A stretch of 64,000 bases of DNA from Tubiluchus corallicola (Eukaryota > Animalia > Priapulida). The stretch is from NCBI GenBank assembly GCA_030141605.1, contig JAQGDQ010000111.1, positions 186,001 to 250,000 of the forward strand, written 5' to 3'. Within the stretch, counting starts at the first letter, position 1; every line of letters begins with the position of its first letter. Made by a program: the position numbers and the translations under genes. The notes under the pieces are model-generated. The model searched no databases. It saw nothing but the letters and a program-made list of their open reading frames with translations, and was not told the origin of the DNA. Positions 14,558 through 27,880 of this stretch are shown one piece after another.

Positions 14558-15174
14558 GTCCGCCACAACGAAAAGTGGCCCGTTCAAACTAGCGAGTTTT
14601 CTCTCTGAAAGTAAATTCCCTTTGTGGGAAGTCGATGCAAACTCACCGACAGCTACTGCAAAATGATGTCTAATGAGAACGCCTCAGCCACTTACTCTCG
14701 ATGCTTCTCGTTGTGAATAGAGAAGTGTATTTCAGCTCGCACTCAATGTCAGAGAGTAACTCTCAGCAAGTTTTGCTCTCTAGTCTGAAAATGCTTACGA
14801 GTTACTTGGCGAGTTTGTATGGCGAGAAAACTTGCTAGTCTGAACGCATAGTAACATGAGTAGAACTACTGGATTCTGCTTTGCAGTGGGTCGAACAGCC
14901 CAAAAGATCCTGTACCGGTCTTTGACTCTCCTGTTTTTGTACTATTTTGTAAAAGTGGCGCTCGCAAATTGCATCATAACGCCAAGGGAGGAGCCATGTG
15001 TTGCTTTTTGACCCCCACCCTGCACCAGGCTTTCTTATTGCTTTCTTTGTAAAGCGGTGTTCACGCTGTCAGCCAAGATAAAGAAGATGAGCGGTAATTT
15101 TGTCTTACAAACAAGCGTTCGCATGTTTCAAGTTGCCGCTCTGCTGACGAGAATGGACGCAAGATTAGCCTAAT

Positions 15175-15430
15175 CTGTCCAATCACCTGTTTGCCAAAGA
15201 CGAATAACACTGGGAGGGCAGAACGCAAATTGGCTCCTCTTCTCTGCGGAATCTCCTCGGCAAATAAGCATGCGTTTGGTCAGCTAGTTTGTTGATTGGC
15301 AACTGTTTACACGTTTGTGTGTGTGTGTGGGAAGCTTTTGAAAAAAAGAGTCTTTGCCTGGCTTTGAACCCTGTTGGCCAATGCTGGAGCACAGTTGGCT
15401 TTTGTCCTTAGATGTTTGCCTAATTGGGAA
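15175..15430. promoter_or_regulatory. CCAAT-box cluster, promoter/enhancer-like
   Basis: Five CCAAT/ATTGG (15179, 15229, 15295, 15378, 15423) plus TGTTTAC (15304) in ~250 bp; donor-like gtgagt at ~15489. Confidence 0.4.
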
Positions 15431-17414
15431 CCCTTGCAAAGTCTTGCAATAAGATGCTTCCCACAAGCTGATAATTATTGTTGTCTGTGTGAGTAAATCT
15501 AGTAATCATGTATGCATGTAACAATCAGGAGTAGATTATTCCAGTGAAAATGCTGAGATAATTATCAGTTGAGGCAGGATGCGTATACATCCTAAGATGG
15601 CGTAGTCACTTGTGCCAGTTCATTAATTCATCTTAGGGGATTATCCTTAATAGTCGGCTAGATTCCGGTCCCGCCATATCCATTCAATATTAGTATTGTC
15701 CTAGCCTTGAATGAAAGATTCTGTCTGCCCAGCTATATAAAAAACCTGATTGCAGAGGCTTTCATTTTATTCGTGTGATAATTAACTTTGATACCTGTTG
15801 GATAGTCATATGGCGTCGGTACGTAAGGCCTTTCAGCAACCTCGCTTTTTGACTTGCAGAAGCAAAGTGGTCCAGTTTTGAAAACAGTTTGGTATTTTTT
15901 GTACTGTTGTTCATGCTAAATTTATACTGTTGCTTTATCATCATCATCATCATCATGCGCCCGTCACGTCTATTGTAGGCAATTCTAAAATAAACGTAAT
16001 CTGCCCTTCAGACAGGTAAACGAAGCAGTAATCCAGCAAAAAACTATACACTGCTACGCCAGTGGCTTGTCAGCACCTTTCGACATACATAGCGGGCATC
16101 TTAGAAGTAGCCTAGTTCGTCTATTATACAACGTGTTATTACAATCCTACATACACGTTAATATACTCGTTAACATGATATACATGTTAATGTCAAGGCA
16201 ATGCACAGTATAGTTATCATCGCCATCCCACATTGTTTGTCGACGTTTAGCCTGTGCCAGTCGTCTTGGGTATATGATAAAAAGTTTTGGGTGCCTTTTG
16301 CTACAGCATTTGTTTTATACAGCTGTTCTGCATTGCAAACTAACATCGTGCCATCTTAAAGAAATGGCTCATATGTGCTTTTCAGTCATATTCTTACTAA
16401 ATATTGACTACGTTGTTGCTTCATTTCATACAGCAAGGAGTGAATCTGCAGTTGACTGGGACTATTATTATCCAGTGTTCCCGGCCAACAATATGCTGGC
16501 CATCTTGGCAGTGATATACACTTTACCATCTCCTGGAAAAAGCGATACGCAAGAATAAGGACAAAGTTTTCTATTGACTTATTGACAATAGACGTATTAT
16601 TTCTGCAGAGCTTTTCATCTTTTTATCGGTATGTTTGATTTCTGCTTCACGCTTCTGGGCGATATCTCTTCACCATTGATTATTTTTCCTGCCATCTAGC
16701 GAGACCGATCAAATTTAAAAAGCTTGATTTTGTTTTCTCAAGCTCTCCGTATTTGTTGCTCACTTGTTTGTAGTTGGCGTTTTTAATTTGTAGTTTTGTT
16801 TGTCGGCACCATCCCTTGAGGGCGCCTTCGTGATTAGACTGCTCTTTTGTCTTTGCCACCTCCATGATTGTCCAATATTTACCCACGTGACCATCATTTG
16901 TAGGAATATCCCCAGGGATCGCATTGGTGTGTTACATCTCTTGATTGCTAATACCGATGCGGAGGTTGGCGGTTTCTCGCCAAATTTAGCAATCTTTCTG
17001 TTTAAATACGGCCATGTTTACCGCCAAATATTGCAATATAGCTGGCAAATAAAGCCGTTTTCTTTTTCTGTCTTCTGTTTGTACACGGTCTTTTATAGTC
17101 GCAAGAAATCATTTTCTTTAGTTGGTTTGGTTGACAACTGTCAATTCGATTGCTTGCTGCTGACTTGTTATGAAATTTCGCCGCGTGCTTTCATACTCGT
17201 TGAGTGTTTCAATAGCAATCTTATAGCGCATGGGCAGTAATTTGTCAAGATTAATGATTTCTTATTAATGAAAATGTGTACATATTTAATCTCTTTATAT
17301 GTACACCATGGCTGAATAAATCCGCATTGCTGGAGTTACTGCGTTGTTATTAAATAAGAATTTTCAAGATTTTGCACGAGTTTGGTAAAGCTGAATTAAA
17401 TGAAATATACATTA

Positions 17415-17765
17415 TAGTAGGGTCAATATAATGGAAAAATGGCCATATTATCAGCTATCTCGGAAATTGTCCCATACTGGACGAATTTTAATTAACTCTA
17501 CAATGAAAATTAATCACCTTAATGAGCTCTAGCACTGTGCAAAGTTTAATGCTTTTGAATCAAAATGATCATTTTTCACCATTCTGCTAGACTAAATTCG
17601 TTTTGGTCAAATGGCGCCATTTTTGACGTCATAATTAGGCCCTTTGCAGTGCTCAAATTTCGGCCTAATTTGGATATGTTATCCTCTGGACCAAATACTA
17701 CAAGAAAACACCAGGAGAAGTTTTCTTGCAATTTTTAGATGTAAATCAGTATATTGACCCTACTA
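17415..17765. mobile_element. MITE with 16-bp perfect terminal inverted repeats
   Basis: tagtagggtcaatata (17415-30) and tatattgaccctacta (17750-65); terminal TA may be the target-site duplication; no coding capacity. Confidence 0.8.
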
Positions 17766-19213
17766 TTAATTTATGCCTATATTATTGACATGTTGTTAAA
17801 GTTTTGTTACAATAGGCCTAATATCGTACTAGATAAAATATACGAATGAGGAGACAGTAAGCCCTGACTCTAAAAGCACAGCATAGCCGTAGACAAACAG
17901 ACACTCTCATTTTATATTATTTTTTGAGATTATAGGGATTCAAGGCTTTTTGTTAATGCCTCATTTTTGTGTCTGTTTTATTCTGTCTTCGTATAAAATA
18001 TTCCAGTTCACTGTGCTATAGAATGTTTTAGGTTCGACTCCGAGGAGTAGCTTGTTTTTTTCTTCGTTTTTAGCTCTGTTAAATATATTTTTCGAACATC
18101 ATGTCAGCCAATTATTATCAAACCTCAGGTTTTTATTGCTGTGATGGTAAAGCTTTATAAATCGCCGAATTAAATGTTTGAACAAATTGATTAGTCATAA
18201 GCCACTTATTATTCTTATTCTGGAAACCCTTTAAATCCTTTTCGCGAGTCTGATTTCCAAGCCGAAGAGAGGGTGAAAGGTCAACGATGTTGACCAATGA
18301 GCATCATCGTGTAATCTTTCCAGCTTTTGTTGTCAGGTTGCTTAGCAAAACCTTAACATTTTTAATGGAAAGCAATACACGCATTGTGATTGTGTTTTGT
18401 CAGGTTTGTCAGAGAGTATCTGTAACCGTGGAAGACAGATGGTCCGCAATAATAGCCTATTATGTTGTCATATCTCTATTATTCTTCACAAAAACTCGCG
18501 TTTCTGCATCAGGTAAACAGTTGCTTAGTAACGGATGCGACGTGACAGCAGCTAAACAAGTTTTTAGTGCGTGTCACTTTTCACTTTTCACTTTTCCTTC
18601 ACTTTCTTTTTTCTCTGTTAGTTTTAGCTACCTCTGTAACTGTAAATTTACTTGAAGAGGTGAGTTGTTGTCGAGTGTGTGGGTAGTCGCAGAAGTAGTG
18701 CAACCCCAGTAGTCGTTGAAGTCAAGGATACAAATGCATAAATCCTTTACAAGACTATATCGTTGCATGAGCAGCCTGGTATTTGCTGCAAGGAACTCTG
18801 GGAATCCCCGATGTTAACCTGTAGCCTTATTTTTATGAATACATTACTATGCTCTTGTGGCTCTAAAATCCTTGGTGGCAACCAGAAATATTAAAGAGAT
18901 ATTAGACTACATATATTCTTTGTAGTTATGTGCTAGAAGTGAGAAGAAAGCGTTTTATCATGTAAAATTTAAATGTGTCGTCTTACGAGTTTTAAATCAC
19001 CGAAACAATACGTATAACAGTAAGTAAAAGCGTTAACTGATTATCTCATAAAACTTTTCGTACAGTTCAACAATTAACAAGCATGACGTATTAATTTCAA
19101 ATTGCTAACTCATCGCTGTGTAAACAATTGGGGTGGCGCGAACATCAAGCACTACACCTCTTTGCATATTGTATTAGTATTACAAATCTGTATGTGTCTA
19201 CAAATAAATAAAT

Positions 19214-19662
<449 letters not shown>

Positions 19663-22600
19663 TGGGGACCTATTTAAACTATCCCGAGATGTCACATTAC
19701 ATATTCGACGTTACATTACAATTCTTAGATCCGCCCACAATGTATTATTTACGCTGCTTGCCGCTTCCGCATCAGATGAGTATTGTTGCTGATGCTGCAG
19801 CATGCGCGAGATGGGATGCTCACGGCGGCACACGTCTGCTTACACGTGATGCGAAGCGCACGTGAATCTGTCTCTCGCAGTCTTCATTAGTTTCAGCGTG
19901 CGACTGAGAACTTTCTATTTCCACGCCATGTAAAACCAGTTGAGAAATGAAATAGACTTGACTAAACTGCTCCAAGAAGTATGGCTGATCAAGAAAAACT
20001 GTGACTAAGCAGGTGTCAAAGCTACGGTTATTGGCTATAAGCGTTGCTGTATTTTAACTTGTAAAATAGCTGCTGCTTCTAGTGAAAAATTAACAAGGTG
20101 ACAAATTGCTAGCACCGCGTTGTTGTATGACTACATTTTGATTCTGGGATTCTGGTCCATCTAGCAGCTAGTGAATAGTTAGACAATCATTTATATGCAT
20201 GTAAATATGTATATGTCTATATCTGTAAAAGGAACAACCGCTTTGGGAAGATAGTTTTGCATTTCCATTTTAATGCGTGAACAGTGTGGTGAACAGGTAA
20301 AGCAATGTAAGTAAACTTTATATACAAAAGTTCAGCTTTCTGCACGATCATGTAATTGTTGTGGTCACCATTTTTGTGACTTTAGCAAAAGTATTGTTAA
20401 TTTGCCTCTATTAGAAATGACCATTTATTAGTTTTCTTGCTTATTTGACGTCTAATTTACGTTGATTGTCGTAGCATGTATAGGCAATGTCGTAGAAGTT
20501 AAACTAAAAATATCTTGATAACACCATAATAAATTATTACTGATTGGGCAGTGCTGGTGTATAGAATTAAACATTTTAAGATTTTATTGTTGCAATAACT
20601 AAAACGTTTTGAGGAGTTCTCGAAAAACGTTGATCTTACTAACTCTGTTTTTCTGTAATACTGATCTTTCGACTCTGTACTTGAACGTTTTCACCATGTA
20701 GGCTTATTTTTACTTTTTCTTTTAGTTAGTTGGTGGCGTGGTCCTGTTATCGAAAATATACACATGACAGCGAGAAGCAGTCTTAATTTCAATAAAAGGC
20801 GACTAATTTTGGCCAAATTTTTTAAACAGTCTTGAAACACGTTTGTTAGGTGGGTGGGAGAGGAAGGGAGAAGGATGATCTCAAGTAAAGTAAGCTTTAG
20901 TGTAAAAGAGTTTCTTGAAGTTGAATTTAATGGGAAAGGAGATGCAGGCATCTGGACAACAGAGCTTGTTAAAAATATGTGTGCAAATTTGTTATACGTG
21001 TAGTTTGGTACATGCTATGAGCTGCAAACAGAATTAATAATTATAATGGAACCTATAAATATAATTTATAATTACATTTTTTATGTCGTGTATGTTTTCT
21101 ACTGTTGCACTGAATATGATATTACTTACTTAACCGAGTTATGTAAATCCTACCCCAAAATTAACCCAGGACAAAACAGTGCGTGCAATGGATGCATATG
21201 TAAACTTTTTCGTAAATAAATGAATAGCTAAGATGGCCAAATGAAGAAAAGAACAACAAACAAAAGCGCATTCAATTTATATTTAATACATATTGAATCC
21301 ATATTGTACATAGTTATTATAAAAATAAAGAATTATAATAATAATTATTATTATTATATGAAAAAAAATAACAAAATTGATTGCTAAGCCACATCGTTTT
21401 CATCAACGAGAAGAAATCTGACATTCAGACATTCAGTTTGTCCTTTATTTGCTTACTTATATATCATCTCTTCACTGTTTAGAATAGTAAATTCAAATCG
21501 AGGTTTTTCTCAAAATAGCTATCTCTTGTTTACTAAAAACTCATAATGTGACCCATTGTTTTTGTTTTTGTTTTAATTCGAAGTCAAGATTGCATGACAT
21601 TCTAATTTTCTGAGATTTTACACTGATTGTTCATGCTGAGTTTCCTGTTCGTTCTGCAAGACCAAATGATCTCGCATATTGACGTTTTAGCTACAAGTGC
21701 ACTTTGGGTAAGCAATTTGATTCCATTAAAATAGGAAAACAAATTTTAAACAAGGATAAGCAATTATAATTCACGATGTTTACATGAAATTTTGTGATCA
21801 TCTGAGTGCAGTTAGTACAATTTTCGGTAGCACTAGTATTGCTGGTTGCATTTAACTGTGGCTTTAAGCTTCTATAAATTCAACCGCAGTGTTTATCTAA
21901 TAGCTTGTCACATTTTGAACACTTAATTGCATCTTGTTCATCTTGTTTATTTTTAGTGAATTTTCGCCATTTGTCTCTGTCTAGTTGTGTTCATTACTCA
22001 TAGCTGTATTTACTATAACTGAGCAGCGTGCACACGTTTGTGTAATTAATAAATGCCAGATTCCCTGATTACATGTTTGCAGGATTAATGTGTATCCGAA
22101 TTACTTCAAAATGCAGTGCTTGAATGTTAGATGATTTAAAGCGCATCTTCTATTTATGATTTTACACATCCTCGATAGGTGGCAGCTTTGTATAATTATT
22201 CTTTTATTATTACATGCGTTTTTACATGTTGCCTGATTACTATTATGAAATTATATTATAACATATTTGCATTTACAAGATTATTAGCGCAGTTCAAAAC
22301 AGTTGTTAGAAATGTAAGTGACATTATGTCGTTACACATAAAAGACACCTAGGAATAGGCTTTTATATCAACTATTACTACTAATATTTTCAAGGTTTTT
22401 TTTACACTATCAGTATCTATATAACTATTTGCGTGTATAGCATGTTCAGGTCTATACACGCCAGTTTACCTTATTACATGTTGCAGAATTAATGTCTGCT
22501 TGAATTGCTTAAAAAGCCCAGCCCGTGAACGTTTGATATTTTAAAAACCATCTTCTGTCTTTTAGTTCAATCATTCTCGTATAGGTGGCAGCTCCATATA

Positions 22601-22916
22601 AATGTAATTATTATAGTTGAGCATGCATTCAAGATATACGCATTTACTCAGTCAGTGAATATTAATTATTGAATTCTTTAATAGTATTAATAGCTTGAGT
22701 CCATGTCATGTTTGTTGGATGTCTCTTGAAATTGTTTGAAAATTAGTACTGCAATGATCAATCATCTGATTAGCTTGCTAATTTTAATAAAGGTGGCAGC
22801 ACTGTACAGCTGTGCATGCATTTCCATTTATTAATGCCTGCCACAATTAGTGTTTGCACAGTTTGTAGGTACTACAGTTTATTTTAATTTTTTTGAAAAT
22901 TCATCATCCAAATTTA

Positions 22917-22920
<4 letters not shown>

Positions 22921-22977
<57 letters not shown>
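22921..22977. repeat. (TA)n microsatellite
   Basis: Direct reading. Confidence 0.96.
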
Positions 22978-22981
<4 letters not shown>

Positions 22982-24319
22982 AGATATATACATTATATAT
23001 GTATAAAATGTTCGTGTATATAAAGACTGTTTTAAACTCTCTTGTCGTTGTCTTCTAAATGTAAATGGCAGCACCAATAAGCGAGTACATTTGTTTTGTC
23101 TTGTGCTTCGATTTTCTTTTCGCTTGGAGGTTTTGCGCATGGCCATTAGCAAGGTTAACGCTTTATTCGCTGTTATTAGTACGGGAATTAAGTTATAGAT
23201 GGCAGCATCAAAATAGAAAGCATTTTATACTGCACGTGCATAGCTCGTCACGCTTCACCAGTGCAACGGTTCAAATGATTTAGGATAGGAACAGACAACA
23301 TTTTCAGAATATTAATTTTACATATCAGTTTAAGCGTACCGAAAATTTTCTTGTCCATTAAATTTTTACAGAATAGAATCTCGATGAGACTTAATGTATT
23401 TAGCAAGAATTTGACGTATTAGTAATAGGAAAACGTACTGTAATCTCTTCTTCGCAACAACGCATTGACTTTCTTGCAGTTTCCCGATAGCCTATAATGC
23501 AAAAGAATCAAACTTGGAAACGGCGGCGCACTGATTTCTAATGTTTACAAGGGTCATGACAACTTTGTGGATCCGACCAGTTATCATTTTGGGTTAATTG
23601 AAACTAAGCTTCACAAATATTAAAGGCCTGTGAGAACTTAGTTAATGTCCTTTGGTAGCCAGAACCCCAATATTCTAGCTCAAAATTCAGCGTATTACTG
23701 CTAGATAATCATGATAAAGACCTACTTTTACTGCTTTATACACTGCACGTTTAATCAAGCACACAGTCATTTCGGCCAACTATGATTTGAAATATATTTT
23801 ATATCCCCAAAGTAGTAAAAATAGCGCGAAACCTCTGTAAGAGTAAATAACACTGTTAAAGACGCGTTATTGTGGTCGCCATGACATTTATTGGTCTAGT
23901 GATAATGACGCGTGTCATCGGTCACAAAGGCCACTCGTTCGAATGCTTTTATCAGTTGCAGAAATTACCATTTTTCGATTGCTCACAAAACCACGTCTTG
24001 GAAGCGATTTATTGCTGTTGCGATCACTTAATTACGCCTGGTGATGATTTACTTGGCCATTGCGCATCGTCTTTTGATTACTGCGCAATTATTGCGCGCG
24101 TGAATGGCGACCATTGTTGATGATGTCAAGCGGGAATGATTTTACACACTCGTTTAGGGTTTATTGCGGTGGTAATGGTTAGTTTTGGATGAGATTATTT
24201 CCACCGTAATTTCAACTGATAGACATTTAATTGTGTGTCATCTGGCCGAGTTGAAAGGCGCGTATTTACATAAGGCGTAGTGGACATGAGCACATCATTG
24301 TTCCGGGGACCCGCCATTG

Positions 24320-24360
24320 TGTATGGATTGACCAATGGGCGGAGTTGCTGGGCGGGCAGC
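24320..24360 (+). promoter_or_regulatory. Candidate proximal/alternative FoxP promoter
   Basis: gaccaatgggcggag...tgggcggg: CCAAT plus two GC boxes ~430 bp upstream of the first identified coding exon. Confidence 0.4.
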
Positions 24361-24784
24361 GTTTGCGACGAATGCTAAATGAATGTGTGCGAAGCACTTG
24401 CGAGAAGATGATGCTGGATTAGCACAACAACAGCATTGCTTCACTTGTGTTGCTCATCAGTGTGACTGAGACGCTAGCAACACGGAAATCTTCAACCAAA
24501 CGAGCTGCGTCGTAGGTGACAGGTCCCATCTACTGAGGCAGAAGATGTGTTGAAGATTCGCCAGTTATATTTCTACTTTGTTTAATGAACATTTTTGGCT
24601 TCAGTTGTATGTTTATTGCAATAATTTGCCAAGTCTGAACACACATATAAACAATGCACATATATAAATGATGAGTCTAAAAATAAAAAAAGAAAATCCG
24701 GGAAAAAATTGTCACATTAGATTCGTTGTGGTTAAACTACTCTTTAAAGAAGCAGTCTAAAACGATGTTCTTTTATTTTTTCAG

Positions 24785-24979
24785 CAGTCAAAGAAGCGCA
24801 GACGGTCTCTACAGGAGAGCATTGATCAGCTGCAACAGCAGCAGCAGCAACAACAGCCTCCACTGATGATGAATCCACAGATATTAACGCCTCAGCAGAT
24901 GCAAGCCCTACTCCAGCAGCAGGTACTTACGCCTCAGCAACTACAACAACTTATGGCACAGCAGCACCTCTTACAACAG
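24785..24979 (+). CDS. FoxP: FoxP coding exon, Q-rich N-terminal region (first exon identifiable in window; phase 0-0)
   Basis: Polypyrimidine+cag acceptor and gtatgt donor; 195 nt translates QSKKRRRSLQESIDQLQQQQQQQQPPLMMNPQILTPQQMQALLQQQVLTPQQLQQLMAQQHLLQQ, matching the FoxP1/2 motif [27 protein letters not shown]. Confidence 0.93.
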
Positions 24980-27559
24980 GTATGTTGAGTTTCATGGCGT
25001 TCTGTTGTTTTTATGAAGGAGTCGTGAGTGTTACTCTGTTACCACATTCGAAAAATTAGTATGGGTGACAAATAGGTTCGTTATTGTGTGAAGCTTTGTG
25101 CTAATACACATACACAAAGGCATTGGACCATGCTGCAGAAATTCAAGTACATCGAGAGTTTTGTAATTGCAGTGAGCGTGTTAGGTGATTTTCATATTTT
25201 TACGTAACTATGCAATTCATTGGCAAAACTTAGCATTTGCTGCTGCAGTGATAAAAACACACAGTGCATTTTGGCAGTTTTATCTGATTTTGGCAGTGAT
25301 GCGTTGAAGCCAGTGGCAAAGCAGACAAGAGGCTACGAAGCAGTAAACAAAGCAGTAATGTGGGCGTGTGTTGTAAAACACCCGAAATTCTGTCCCTTTC
25401 TTCCGTTGTAGATTAAACTATATTGCCGCCCGATCCCACTGCCAGTTATTGTGATTGTTGTAACGAATGAATTGAACGTGAGTTGTCTATGCTATTGAGA
25501 ACCAGTATGTAATTCTAAAGCAGGCTGCATGAGTACAAACTTTGTAATTGTTGTCGTTGTCCATGGCCTCGTCGTCTATAAGGAGAATATGAAACTTACC
25601 CTTTTGCTCATCTCGTTAATGTTTTAACGTCGCAATAGTTTATTTATTATTATTATATTTACTCGGCAGTAAAGCTATTTTAGATTTAAGAAGTGAAAAC
25701 GTTGGTTTGTTTCCATGACAAGTTACACTGCCAATGATTGGCCGGTTATTTTACTGCACTGACTTACTTGCACGTAACCGCTATATAGTGATTGCCATAC
25801 ACTTCTTAACACTGTTTGTTTGTATACGCGCCGTTGTGAACATGCCTTTACGTCTTCGAAGCTTTGAAGCTTAATTTGCATCACAAGTTATTGTTATCTA
25901 CTTTATATAGTGAAACTGATAGGATTAAGACTTTTACTGATTTTTCTGCCATTTATCAAAACATTTCATGCGCTTTAAAAATTTCAAAATCACTTCAATA
26001 AAAAACGATAAGAAAATTAATAGCATTTTATTTGCTTGCAAAATGTCTAAAACAGTCAAATCCCTACCTATCACAATGCAACAGATTCAAAGGGAAAGCA
26101 TTTAATAAACTTTATTTATAATGTGTGTGTTATCATTTTTAGATATTAACCATTCAAGCACTATATAACCATGGATTAACGGCTAGCAGTTGAAGCAATT
26201 TTTCATAATCGCCGTTAAAATTCTCGCCGAAATCAGAGTATGGGAAATAAAACGCATTTGAATATGTAAATTGATTCTTTGAAGATGGTTATTACGCCGG
26301 GAAGGCTAGGCATTAATTACATCGTTTATAAATTTCTGCCTCTGTCGCGTCTTTGCCGCCATTATATCTGTGCCAATTTCATAACAATAAACTTACTTAA
26401 TGAATATACTTAGCGCGGATTAGTATCGCCGCACTACTTGCGAGCGGTCGACGAGTGAACGATTTTAAAAGATTATCATTATTGCGCCTTAACTAACATC
26501 GAGTGCAACGGAAGTGGTGCTGACAACCACTGGACATAGCAGTGTTTACTTTTTCGCTGGATTACTGCGGTTTTTACCTGTTTGAAGGGCAGATTTCTTT
26601 TATTTTAGAATTCTGCCTGCCTAATATCTACAACAAACGCGATTGGCATAATAATATTATGATGATGATGATGATGATGACTGTAGAAAATTTAGAAAAG
26701 CAATTTTCTGTTGGCTACCCAAGTTTTTTTTGTCATTTCATGTACAGTGTATAAAACTTATTTTAGTCTAGAGTAATAAGCTACGTTTGAATTTAAAATT
26801 CTTAAACATCACAATGGCACTGACAGGTTGCGATGACTGAAATATTTCCTTTCGCAAAGTTCTTCGAAATCTTATGCAGACGGCTCTGTATTTCGGACAC
26901 TTAGAAGCTCTCGTTCATTTACGAATGGGTTGCTATTTGTGTTTTGTACGTAATCCTACCAGACTTTACATAGGTGGCTCCGCTAACTATTGTTAAGTGG
27001 ACTCCGTTGTAATAGTTATGTTTCTGCAATACAAGAACTGCATATCTATAGCATTTCCTGCCCTTCTAGCCTGTCGGGCATTTTGCGTTATCCTTGCAGA
27101 TGCCTGGGTGAAAAATGGTCCAATCACGGCCCTTTCACTGCATGATGGCGTCTGTGCACTAAACCTGGCAGTGTTGTTTAAATTTAAATGATTGCCAAAG
27201 CAATTTTTCACTTGTTTATTTTCGCTAGCATTCCCACAGTGCATCGTGTTTGTTTGTTTATGTTTGCTAGCACGTGTTTACCTCATCTGTTCATTGTTTA
27301 CACGTAACGCTAGCTTTGTTTATTTTTTGTTGACATGGGGAGCATTTTGTTGGTGGCGTTTTTGTAAACTCAGTCCAGGCCAGCTATGCACACATGGTAG
27401 TGCAGTTTTCACCTCCGACGTCTCTTTCTTCTTCGATTTTTTTACTAATCGTCTCTGGCAAGACCACTGGCCACTTAGAAGTAAATGGCCACAAGAAAGT
27501 GTGTATATCTTATTGATTCTCATAACTGATTAGCTAGTGACAAGATATACCTGTTAACG

Positions 27560-27880
27560 TCCAGTAAGCCTTACACACCCAAGCGATTCTCAAGGCCGTT
27601 CTTTGCCGTGAAGCAATTTTCACACCTGACCAATCGTCCAGACTTCCTAGGTTGTTTACGCCAGGTTGCTGATGTGTAATCACACGTGAGTTTCCAGACT
27701 TCTGTAGACTTTCAGTATTGTGAAACCTGGTAGCTGAAACCATTTTCATATCTGAGTAAATCCGCAGACATTTTTGGTTGTTTATCACTGAAACTTTTCA
27801 CACCCAAGTGATTCTTCAAACTTTCAATGCTATGAATCTTGGTAGGTGAAGCCATTTTTACACATGAGTGAATTTTACGA
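27560..27880. repeat. Highly degenerate tandem repeat (~60-bp scale)
   Basis: Recurring cacacccaag.gattct, gaa.ccattttt.ac and agacttc blocks. Confidence 0.55.

Noticed and set aside
16640-17240. Possible decayed retroelement/endonuclease fragment or 146-aa gene
   Set aside because: No unambiguous conserved motif could be read in any frame.
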